From positions 15,833 to 79,832 of the forward strand of contig JALEJQ010000008.1 of NCBI GenBank assembly GCA_022769565.1: a stretch of 64,000 nucleotides of DNA, in the 5' to 3' direction. The stretch comes from Oscillospiraceae bacterium (lineage in GTDB: Bacteria; Bacillota; Clostridia; Oscillospirales; Ruminococcaceae). The position numbers and the translations under genes are program-made. Under the pieces are notes generated by a model. It had not been told where the DNA came from. It did no database searches and saw only the letters and a program-made list of their open reading frames with translations. Positions 32,976-40,894 of this stretch are shown piece after piece (the first letter of the stretch is position 1; the number at the start of each line of letters is the position of its first letter).

Positions 32976-33798
32976 TTTCCGACTCTCTCTTTCCTATGTA
33001 TTCCACAACGCTTTTTGCGATAAGTATCAGCACCGCCATCATTACCAGTATGGAGGACACCGCAAAGGCAGGAACATACTTGAATTCGTTGAAAAGTATC
33101 TCAACGTGGAGAGGAAGGGTGTTTGTCTTTCCTCTCAGATGTCCCGAAAGAACGGACACCGCTCCGAATTCTCCCATGGCTCTTGCCGCACAAAGCACTA
33201 CGCCGTAGAGGAACGCCCATTTGATATGGGGAAAGGTTATTTTTGTGAATATGGTAAAGCCTTTAGCTCCCATAAGTGCCGCAGCCTCTTCCTCGTCCGT
33301 ACCCTGCGATTCAAGTACGGGTATAAGCTCTCTTGAAATAAAGGGGAAGGTCACGAAAACCGTTGCAAGAATAATTCCGGGCACCGCAAAAACTATCTTT
33401 ATGTCCAAGCTTTCAAGCAGAGGATAAAGGGGACTTTGCCGTCCGAAGGTCAGCACGAATATCAGACCTGCAATGACGGGGGATACCGTTACGGGAAGGT
33501 CGATAAGTGTGCAGAGCAGCTTTTTTCCCTTGAAGCGGAACTTTGTCACCGCCCACGCCGCAAAAAGCCCGAACACCGTGTTCACCGCAACTGCGCAGAG
33601 CGTTGCTTCAACGGTAAGCAGTATCGCTTTGACCGTGTATTTGTCCGCAACAGCCTTTATGTATACCTCAAAGCCTTGTTTCAGTGCCTCGGCAATTACC
33701 GTTATAAGAGGAAGCACAAGCATAAGGAATACAAATATGACGCTTATGCTTATAAGCAGTATCTTTACTGCCTTGGAGCCTTTTGATTCCTTATGCAC
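32965..33798 (-). CDS. cysW: sulfate ABC transporter permease
   Basis: BPD-type permease with an EAA loop (EEAAALMGA). Position and size match CysW. Confidence 0.85.
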   Translation of the reverse strand: MHKESKGSKAVKILLISISVIFVFLMLVLPLITVIAEALKQGFEVYIKAVADKYTVKAILLTVEATLCAVAVNTVFGLFAAWAVTKFRFKGKKLLCTLIDLPVTVSPVIAGLIFVLTFGRQSPLYPLLESLDIKIVFAVPGIILATVFVTFPFISRELIPVLESQGTDEEEAAALMGAKGFTIFTKITFPHIKWAFLYGVVLCAARAMGEFGAVSVLSGHLRGKTNTLPLHVEILFNEFKYVPAFAVSSILVMMAVLILIAKSVVEYIGKRESENVR

Positions 33799-33799
33799 A

Positions 33800-34642
33800 T
33801 CAGTTTCCCCCTTTGAGTATTTTTGAATTTCTTATCTGAATGAGATTTACAAGAAAAAGTATAAGGAATGAAGCAAAAAGCATTACAAGAGCTATCGCCG
33901 AAGCACTGGAGTAGTCGTATTCCTGAAGCTCCGACATGATTATCAGCGGCGTTATTTCCGTTTCGTAGGGCTTGTTTCCTGCGATAAATACAACGCTTCC
34001 GTATTCGCCGAAGCATCTTCCGAACGCAAGACCGAAGCCTGTGAACACCGCAGGCATTATCTCCGGGAAGATAACTCTGCGGAAGATCTTGCCTCTGTCC
34101 GCTCCAAGCACCACAGCCGCTTCTTCATATGCAGGGTCAAGCTTTTCAAGCACCGGCTGGACAGCTCTTACCACAAAGGGGATCCCGATAAATACCATTG
34201 CAATGGTTATTCCTATCCTTGTGTAAGCTATCTTTATGCCGAACCTGCTAAAGAAACCGCCGACAAGACCCGTATCCGCCGTCAGAGAGGTAAGGGCAAT
34301 GCCTGCTACCGCCGTGGGCAGAGCAAATGGCAGCTCGATCATTCCGTCCAGCAGACGCTTGAAGGGAAAATCGTATCTCACCAGCACCCAAGCAAGGACA
34401 ACTCCCATAACTGCGTTAATGAGCGAAGCTATAAAAGCTGTGATGAAGCTCACCTCGAAGCTGGCGAGAACTCTCGGTCTTGTTATGGTGTCTATCACAT
34501 CCGAAAGGCTCATATTTGCGGCAAATACCGCAAGCGAAGCCAGAGGGATAAGCACTATCACGCTGAGTACCGAGAGCGTTACGCCCATTGACAGCCCGAA
34601 TCCGGGGATAACTCTCTTATTTGCTCTCTTCATTTTCATCAT
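33800..34642 (-). CDS. cysT: sulfate ABC transporter permease
   Basis: BPD-type permease with an EAA loop (YEEAAVVLGA). ATGA overlap with the sbp stop. Confidence 0.85.
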   Translation of the reverse strand: MMKMKRANKRVIPGFGLSMGVTLSVLSVIVLIPLASLAVFAANMSLSDVIDTITRPRVLASFEVSFITAFIASLINAVMGVVLAWVLVRYDFPFKRLLDGMIELPFALPTAVAGIALTSLTADTGLVGGFFSRFGIKIAYTRIGITIAMVFIGIPFVVRAVQPVLEKLDPAYEEAAVVLGADRGKIFRRVIFPEIMPAVFTGFGLAFGRCFGEYGSVVFIAGNKPYETEITPLIIMSELQEYDYSSASAIALVMLFASFLILFLVNLIQIRNSKILKGGN

Positions 34643-35682
34643 TCCGATTTTTCGTAAATTTCATCGAACACTCCGCCGTCGGCAAAGTGCTTTGTCTGAG
34701 CCTCGTCCCAGCCGCCGAAATCCTGTATTGTAACAAGATTTATGTCAAGGTTGAAAACTCCAGCGTATTCCTGAAGTATATCTGCGTTAGAGGGTCTGTA
34801 GTAGTTGTCGCCTGCGATACGCTGCGCTTCATCGGAATAGAGGTACTGCAAATATTCGGCAGCAACATCTCTTGTTCCTCTGTCATCAACTACCTTGTCA
34901 ACGACAGCAACGGAGGGCTGTGCAAGAATACTTACGCTCGGTGTGATTATCTCATAATCGTCGGGATAGTCCTGAATGGAAAGGTAGGCTTCGTTCTCCC
35001 AGGCAAGAAGAACATCACCCTGTCCGTTTTCAACGAAGGTCGTGGTAGCGCCTCTTGCACCGGAATCAAGCACCAGAACGTTCTGATAGAGCTTCTTGAC
35101 AAAGTCCTTTATCTGAGCCTCATCGCCGCCGTACAGCTTGTCGGCATATGCCCACGCTGCAAGGTAGTTCCACCTTGCGCCGCCTGAGGTCTTGGGGTTG
35201 GGAGTAATAACGCCCACGCCGTCATTCACAAGGTCGTTCCAGTCCCGGATGTTCTTGGGATTGCCTTTTCTTACAAGGAAAACGATTGTGGAGGTGTAGG
35301 TGGAGCTGTCGTTGGCAAATTCGCTTACCCAACCGTCCTCGATAAGTCCTGCATCTCTTATGGCGTTTACATCATACTCAAGAGCAAGGGTAACAACATC
35401 CGCTTCAAGACCGTTTGCAACTTCAAGCGCCTGCTTGCCTGAGCCGCCGTGGGACTGTGTTATCTCAACGTCCTGTCCTGTCTTTTCCTTCCAATGCTCG
35501 GCAAATATCTTGTTATAGGCTTCGTAAAGCTCTCTTGTGGGGTCGTATGAAACATTGGTTATTGAAACGCTGTCGACGGAGCCGCTTGCTTCGCCCTTTT
35601 CCGAAGAGCAGCCTGTAAGTCCGGTCATTCCGGTAATAAGAAGTGCGGCTGCTACAGATATTTTCACAAAATTATTTTTCAT
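34639..35682 (-). CDS. sbp: sulfate-binding lipoprotein
   Basis: Lipobox LTGCSS. SHGGSGKQA and the family-wide NPKTSGGARW block are typical of Sbp/CysP. ATG at 35682 follows GGAAGG. Confidence 0.85.
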   Translation of the reverse strand: MKNNFVKISVAAALLITGMTGLTGCSSEKGEASGSVDSVSITNVSYDPTRELYEAYNKIFAEHWKEKTGQDVEITQSHGGSGKQALEVANGLEADVVTLALEYDVNAIRDAGLIEDGWVSEFANDSSTYTSTIVFLVRKGNPKNIRDWNDLVNDGVGVITPNPKTSGGARWNYLAAWAYADKLYGGDEAQIKDFVKKLYQNVLVLDSGARGATTTFVENGQGDVLLAWENEAYLSIQDYPDDYEIITPSVSILAQPSVAVVDKVVDDRGTRDVAAEYLQYLYSDEAQRIAGDNYYRPSNADILQEYAGVFNLDINLVTIQDFGGWDEAQTKHFADGGVFDEIYEKSE

Positions 35683-35872
35683 AATAAAAAACCTTCCTTT
35701 CACGGCTTGAAAATCATTTTTCAGACCGTTTGCTTCGTTTGATGTTTGTTTTGTTGTCCGCAAAAAATTTTTAACATCGTCCGCAGCGGAAGTTCGCTCT
35801 CAGGAGCGTTTCAAACATATTTTTCATATTCTTTCCCTCAATTCTTACCAACCTACTTGGTAGGTTAGGTTT

Positions 35873-35901
35873 AGTATAACATTATTTGCCTACTTTGTCA
35901 A
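35873..35901 (-). promoter_or_regulatory. sigma-A-type promoter (TTGACA-17-TATACT) of the sulfur operon
   Basis: Minus-strand -35 at 35896-35901 and -10 at 35873-35878. The palindrome AACCTACttgGTAGGTT at 35850-35866 lies just downstream. Confidence 0.6.
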
Positions 35902-36018
35902 TAGGAATTTAGTATTTTATCCAAGATAGTTATGTTTGTACAAAGGTTTCCTGCAAATTTTTGCATTTTATGTCAAATTTTCCGAAAAATACTGCTGTGC
36001 TACGCCGTTTTTCCCGAT

Positions 36019-36064
36019 ACAAAAACAGGCGCAATTCACATTGAATTTCGTGTGAATTGCGCCT
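36019..36064 (-). terminator. intrinsic terminator of the proBA-containing transcription unit
   Basis: Minus-strand 14-bp stem AGGCGCAATTCACA/TGTGAATTGCGCCT followed by GTTTTTGT. Confidence 0.65.
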
Positions 36065-36066
36065 TA

Positions 36067-36226
36067 TATTAATAACCAATTGTTCTATGGATAAAGACGG
36101 CGGATAGAATACGTCCGGTCAAGGAAAGCAACCGCCGCAATGCTTGGTGCCTTGCAAGGGGAGCTTGACGCAGAATGGGCGTATTATAGACGTCGGATTT
36201 GTCTATAGGTTGATATGAACTTAGTA
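36067..36226 (+). repeat. TACTAAT-family structured element, copy C (degenerate termini)
   Basis: The core is near-identical to copy B. The left terminus is TATTAAT and the right outer stem is lost. It abuts the stop codon at 36227-36229. Confidence 0.8.
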
Positions 36227-37186
36227 TTATAGTCCGTCGCTGATTTCCGAGGTCTTGTCCGACTGCTTTATGGCAACGAGAGTATATTCATTTCCACGCT
36301 TTGAAACGACATAATCAACATACTTCTCGGGCAGGGGTGCTTCATCGGAGGTAAGGGTCAGCCATGCAGGCGTAGGCGAAACATAGCCTACGGTCAGAGT
36401 ATAGCTCTCCCCTACCCTTGTTATATCCTCGATATACGGCGAATAGGTGAAGTATCTGGGGTTTGAGGGTATTCTGTAGGACTTTATCTCTTCCTCATAG
36501 TAAAACTGTATATCGGGACCCAATATGGATTCATGGGAAAAGCTCAGACCCGAGCCGAACAGCTTTGTTGCGTGCTGTTCAACGTCAACCTCCGGGACAA
36601 TGATATAGTCGAAGTCGCTTTCGTACTTGCTCTTGTCCTCATAAAGAATAATATCCCATATAGCTGCCGTGAGCATGGTGTCGCTGCGCAGCTTTACCGT
36701 CTGGTCGAAGGGTGCCGGGTCGCATATGACAATGGGGTAAATGAACTTTGCAAACTCGGTCTTCTGCTGTGTATTGTCGGCAAACGCCTTTATCTTGTCA
36801 ACGGAAAATCTTACCGTTGAAACAAGTCCCACCGCCGCAAGCAGGGTTATCACTATTCCGAGAAGCATATATAACCGCCGTTTGCCGCCCTTTACATCGG
36901 TGGAAACAGGCATTTCTATCTCAGGCTCTCCTGCGGCAAATTCAGCCATTTCTTCCGCTTTTTCATCGAGAGCGTCATCAAACATACGCTTGATATTCTC
37001 AATGGATTCACGGCTTTCCTCCTTGAACCTTTCAGCCTTTTCGCTTTTTGCGGCAGGCTTCTGCTGAGGCTTGGGCTGTGGAGTTTTATTTGTGTTCTCA
37101 GGCTTTTTTTTCTTCTTGTTCTTCTTTCCGCCGGCTTTTATATAGCTGTCGTAATCGAAGAAATCCTTGTTATCGTTTTTATCCAT
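36227..37186 (-). CDS. hypothetical membrane-anchored protein with Lys/Pro-rich N-terminus
   Basis: 319 aa. The KKNKKKKKPENTNKTPQPKPQQKP tract is followed by one TM segment (LYMLLGIVITLLAAVGLV) and a globular domain. Confidence 0.6.
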   Translation of the reverse strand: MDKNDNKDFFDYDSYIKAGGKKNKKKKKPENTNKTPQPKPQQKPAAKSEKAERFKEESRESIENIKRMFDDALDEKAEEMAEFAAGEPEIEMPVSTDVKGGKRRLYMLLGIVITLLAAVGLVSTVRFSVDKIKAFADNTQQKTEFAKFIYPIVICDPAPFDQTVKLRSDTMLTAAIWDIILYEDKSKYESDFDYIIVPEVDVEQHATKLFGSGLSFSHESILGPDIQFYYEEEIKSYRIPSNPRYFTYSPYIEDITRVGESYTLTVGYVSPTPAWLTLTSDEAPLPEKYVDYVVSKRGNEYTLVAIKQSDKTSEISDGL

Positions 37187-37196
37187 TCTATCACCG

Positions 37197-38447
37197 TTAA
37201 GCTCTTGTCTGACCGTTGCCGGAAATTAAATATTTCATCGAAGTAAGCGCCATAAGACCCATAGGACCTCTTGCATGGAGCTTCTGTGTGGAAATGCCTA
37301 TCTCAGCGCCGAAGCCGAACATTCCCCCATCGGTAAAGGCAGTGGAAACGTTGACGTATACAGCGGCAGCGTCTATTTCCTTCTTGAACCGTTCCGCATT
37401 GTCAAGGCTGTTTGTCACAATGCACTCGGAATGGTGTGTGGTGAACCTGTCAATGTGTGCGATTGCTTCGTAGACGGAGGAAACCACCTTCACGGAAATG
37501 ATATAATCAAGGAATTCCGTTCCGTAGTCCTCGTCCGTTGCGGGAACAACGCAGTCACCAAGAATTTTTCTCGTTTTTTCACATCCTCTTATCTCAACGT
37601 TGTGCTCGTCCAGCTTTGCCTTTATCATAGGCAGGAACTTTTCAGCGATATTTTCGTGTACAAGCAGGGATTCAACGGCGTTGCAGACGGAAACACGCCT
37701 TGTTTTTCCGTTGTTTACGATGCTTACAGCCATATCAAGGTCGGCTGTTTCGTCAACGAAAACGTGACAGTTGCCCGTACCCGTTTCAATTACGGGAACG
37801 GTGGCGTTTTCCTTTACAGCACGGATAAGACCTGCTCCTCCTCGGGGGATAAGCACATCAATATAATTGCTGCACTTCATAAGCTGTGAAGATACCTCTC
37901 TTGAGGTGTCATCAACGAACTGAACAACATCCTCGGGCAGACCTGCTTTCGCAACTGCGGAACGCATTATATCGCAAAGGCACTTGTTGGAGTTGTAGGC
38001 TTCCTTGCCCCCTCTGAGGATAACCGTGTTGCCTGCTTTAAGGCAGAGAACGGCTGCGTCCACGGTAACATTGGGGCGTGATTCAAAGATTATTGCAATC
38101 GTTCCCAGAGGAACTCTTACTCTTGTGATATTCATTCCGTTGGGACGGACAGAACCGAAGTCCACGTTGCCTATAGGATCATCAAGCTTTATAACGTCTG
38201 CAACGCCGTCTGCGATGCCGTTTATTCTTTCCTTTGTGAGCCGCAGTCTGTCCTGCATAGCCTCGGACATTCCGTTTTCCTTTGCCGCAGCAAGGTCAAG
38301 GTCGTTTGCTTCAAGTATCTTATCCGCATTTGCTCTTAAAGCCGTTTCTATTTCGGCAAGAGCACCGTTTTTAACAGCCGTTGAAGCAGTACCGGCAGCC
38401 TTTTCACAAGCCTTTGCCCTGCTTCCCAAAGTTTCGGCATAATTCAT
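37197..38447 (-). CDS. proA: glutamate-5-semialdehyde dehydrogenase
   Basis: Aldehyde dehydrogenase-type ProA blocks, including ESRPNV and the catalytic-Cys region VCNAVESLLVH. ATG at 38447 follows GAGGTG. Confidence 0.9.
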   Translation of the reverse strand: MNYAETLGSRAKACEKAAGTASTAVKNGALAEIETALRANADKILEANDLDLAAAKENGMSEAMQDRLRLTKERINGIADGVADVIKLDDPIGNVDFGSVRPNGMNITRVRVPLGTIAIIFESRPNVTVDAAVLCLKAGNTVILRGGKEAYNSNKCLCDIMRSAVAKAGLPEDVVQFVDDTSREVSSQLMKCSNYIDVLIPRGGAGLIRAVKENATVPVIETGTGNCHVFVDETADLDMAVSIVNNGKTRRVSVCNAVESLLVHENIAEKFLPMIKAKLDEHNVEIRGCEKTRKILGDCVVPATDEDYGTEFLDYIISVKVVSSVYEAIAHIDRFTTHHSECIVTNSLDNAERFKKEIDAAAVYVNVSTAFTDGGMFGFGAEIGISTQKLHARGPMGLMALTSMKYLISGNGQTRA

Positions 38448-38496
38448 TTTAAACACCTCAATTTTTTAGATGATAGATTATAGAGAATAGAGATCA

Positions 38497-38596
38497 TACT
38501 AATAACCAATTAAAAACTGTACAAAAAATCGAGCATAATCTTAGCTTTATGGATTATGCAAAGATTTTTTGTCTACAGCTTTATTGGTTATTAGTA
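38497..38596. repeat. TACTAAT-family short variant (E)
   Basis: The termini TACTAATAACCAAT/ATTGGTTATTAGTA match copy B, but the interior is a different 70-nt hairpin. Confidence 0.75.
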
Positions 38597-38633
38597 TTAG
38601 ATAACAATTAGCGGAAATCGTTTCTAAGCTCTT

Positions 38634-38792
38634 CTATAAATTTTCCTGCATCGGGATCAAACATTTTTTGCCCCGTCCCATATACACCGAAAGGTCGGAG
38701 GCAAACTTTCCGCTTTCATTCTTGAACGACTTTTCAATATTCGTATCTTCGTCAAGGATAATTTTTCTGTCGCTGCCTTCTGCCGCAAACAT
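38634..38792 (-). CDS. hypothetical 52-aa protein
   Basis: ATG at 38792 lies 7 nt after AAAGGAGG, between proB and proA. No known motif. Confidence 0.35.
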   Translation of the reverse strand: MFAAEGSDRKIILDEDTNIEKSFKNESGKFASDLSVYMGRGKKCLIPMQENL

Positions 38793-38866
38793 ACAAAACC
38801 TCCTTTTATTGCATTGTGCGCCCCTACAGGATTTGATAGAATTATATGTATTTTGGTACGGCAAAA

Positions 38867-39658
38867 TTATTTATCCGCCGTAAAAATAGTACCTACCTGT
38901 TTTCCGTCAAAAAGGTCGTAAAGTATCTTTGGGTTCCTGCCGTTGAGCAGCACCGTGTCTATACCCTCCGCCATAGTCATTTCCGCAGCGTTCAGCTTGG
39001 TTATCATTCCCCCTGTGCCAAGACCGGAAACTGCTCCGCCTGCAAGCTGTCTTATATCATCGTTTATATCGTTGACAACGGGGATAAGCTTTGCATTCGG
39101 GTCAAGCTTGGGGTTTGAATCGTAAAAGCCGTCTATGTCGGAAAGTATAACAAGCATATCCGCCTTGCAGAGGAGCGCAACGTGCGCCGCAAGAGTATCG
39201 TTCTCGCCGAATTCAAGCTCCAGCTCATCAATAGCAACGGTATCGTTCTCGTTTACAACAGGGATAACGTTGCGGCTGAGAAGCTGCTCAAAGGTATTGA
39301 CAACGTTCTGACGTCTGGGGCTGTCGATGTTGTATTTCGTAAGCAGGAGCTGTGCAACGGTAAGGTTGTACTCGCCGAACAGCTTGTCGTAAATGTACAT
39401 AAGCTCGCACTGTCCCACGGCTGCACACGCCTGTTTAAGCCGTGTTTCCGTAGGTCGGCTCTGCATACCCAGCTTGGACATTCCAAGACCTATTGCGCCG
39501 GAGGAAACAAGGGTGACCTGTCTGCCGCCGTTCTGCAGGTCTGCAATGACCTTCACAAGGTTCTCCATTCTGCGGATATTGAGCCTGCCCGTTTTATGCG
39601 CAAGGGTGGAGGTGCCTATTTTGATAACTATTCTTTTTTTGCTGTCTATATCGTACAT
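38867..39658 (-). CDS. proB: glutamate 5-kinase (short form, no PUA domain)
   Basis: IVIKIGTSTL, VSSGAI and NENDT amino-acid-kinase motifs. 263 aa. Confidence 0.9.
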   Translation of the reverse strand: MYDIDSKKRIVIKIGTSTLAHKTGRLNIRRMENLVKVIADLQNGGRQVTLVSSGAIGLGMSKLGMQSRPTETRLKQACAAVGQCELMYIYDKLFGEYNLTVAQLLLTKYNIDSPRRQNVVNTFEQLLSRNVIPVVNENDTVAIDELELEFGENDTLAAHVALLCKADMLVILSDIDGFYDSNPKLDPNAKLIPVVNDINDDIRQLAGGAVSGLGTGGMITKLNAAEMTMAEGIDTVLLNGRNPKILYDLFDGKQVGTIFTADK

Positions 39659-39670
39659 TGGAATATCTCC

Positions 39671-40618
39671 TTAATTTACTGTATTTACAGGCTTACCTGC
39701 AATAAAAGCGGCAAGGTTCTCCGCTGCTGTTTTCATAAGTCTGCGCCTTGTTTCAACGGGCGCCCACGCAACATGGGGCGTTATCACGCAGTTTTTTGCG
39801 GTAAGAAGCGGATTTTCGGGGTCCATCGGCTCCGTATGCAGAACGTCAAGACCTGCGCCTGCGATAATGCCGCTGTTAAGGGCGTATGCAAGGTCAGCTT
39901 CGTTCACGACCGCTCCTCTTGATGTGTTGATAAGAACGGCGGAGGACTTGCACTTTTTCAGCGCTTCAATATTTATCATACCCTCTGTTTCGGGGGTAAG
40001 AGGACAATGAAGGGTGATAAAATCAGAGCATTCAAGAAGCTCGTCAAGGCTTGTGAAACGTACCGTTCCGTCCTGCTTGGCTGTTCTTGTATTTACAACT
40101 ACCTCCATACCGAAGGCTCTTGCTATCTTTGCGGCAGCGTGACCTATCCTGCCGTAGCCGATGATGCCGAGAGTTTTTCCGTCCAGCTCCGCTGTGGGAA
40201 AATCGAAAGCGGAAAAGGTAGCGGAACGAACCCAGCCGCCCTCATGGACGAAGCTGTCATACTCGGGAGTCCTGTTTGCAAAATGAAGGATAAAAGCGAA
40301 CACCTGCTGTGCCACCGCCATATCGGAGTATGCAGGAACGTTGCACACCGTTATCCCAAGACGGTTTGCGGCGGCAATGTCCACGTTGTTGTAGCCGGTA
40401 GCGCAAAGACCGATGTATTTAAGATTCGGGCATTGCTCCATTACCTCTGCGGTAAAAGGGGTCTTGTTGCAGAGTACGGCTTCTGCGTCGCCTATGTATT
40501 CGACAATTTTGTCTGTGGGGGTAAGAGGGTGTTCCTCCACCTCGCCCAGCTTGTAGATGTCCTCAAAAGAAACATCGTTTCTCGAAACAGTAGCCGCTTC
40601 AAGCATAACAATTTTCAT
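39671..40618 (-). CDS. D-isomer-specific 2-hydroxyacid dehydrogenase (glycerate dehydrogenase-like)
   Basis: NAD-binding GIIGYGRIG, catalytic-region RG and E, and the HVAW histidine. Confidence 0.85.
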   Translation of the reverse strand: MKIVMLEAATVSRNDVSFEDIYKLGEVEEHPLTPTDKIVEYIGDAEAVLCNKTPFTAEVMEQCPNLKYIGLCATGYNNVDIAAANRLGITVCNVPAYSDMAVAQQVFAFILHFANRTPEYDSFVHEGGWVRSATFSAFDFPTAELDGKTLGIIGYGRIGHAAAKIARAFGMEVVVNTRTAKQDGTVRFTSLDELLECSDFITLHCPLTPETEGMINIEALKKCKSSAVLINTSRGAVVNEADLAYALNSGIIAGAGLDVLHTEPMDPENPLLTAKNCVITPHVAWAPVETRRRLMKTAAENLAAFIAGKPVNTVN

Positions 40619-40702
40619 ATAAAAGCGCTCCTTTCCGGCAAATCTCCTGCCGGAAGCAAATTTACAGCACGGAATACCCGTATTTTGCCGATAATCAATA
40701 AT

Positions 40703-40731
40703 ATTATATCACATTGCGGCGGACTAATCAA
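40703..40731 (-). promoter_or_regulatory. sigma-A-type promoter with extended -10 (TTGATT-17-TGaTATAAT)
   Basis: Minus-strand hexamers at 40726-40731 and 40703-40708, upstream of the dehydrogenase-proB-proA unit. Confidence 0.55.
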
Positions 40732-40797
40732 TAGTTTTTTCACCGCTTTACCGCTGTAAGCAAAAAGCGCTGTTCACAATGCCGGTTCAACAGCTTA

Positions 40798-40852
40798 TAC
40801 TAATTCTAAACCCTAATTCTAAATCGTTCTATAGGTTGATTTGAATTTAGTA
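40798..40852. repeat. TACTAAT-family collapsed remnant (F)
   Basis: Consists of TACTAAT, then GTTCTATAGGTT (left and right arm motifs fused), then TTTAGTA. Confidence 0.6.
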
Positions 40853-40894
40853 TTATAACTGTGAGCCTGCTTCGTGAACTGCGCTTATTTTACC

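Noticed and set aside
38793-38864. Longer 76-aa version of the small ORF between proB and proA
   Set aside because: The upstream part lacks an RBS and begins only 3 nt downstream of the proB stop codon (38867-38869), leaving no room for one. The internal ATG at 38792 has a consensus AAAGGAGG, and even that call is low confidence.
40619-40702. Possible proline T-box or attenuator upstream of the dehydrogenase-proB-proA unit
   Set aside because: The leader is only about 85 nt. It has a single 8-bp hairpin (TTCCGGCA/TGCCGGAA) next to the RBS and no specifier or T-box sequence.
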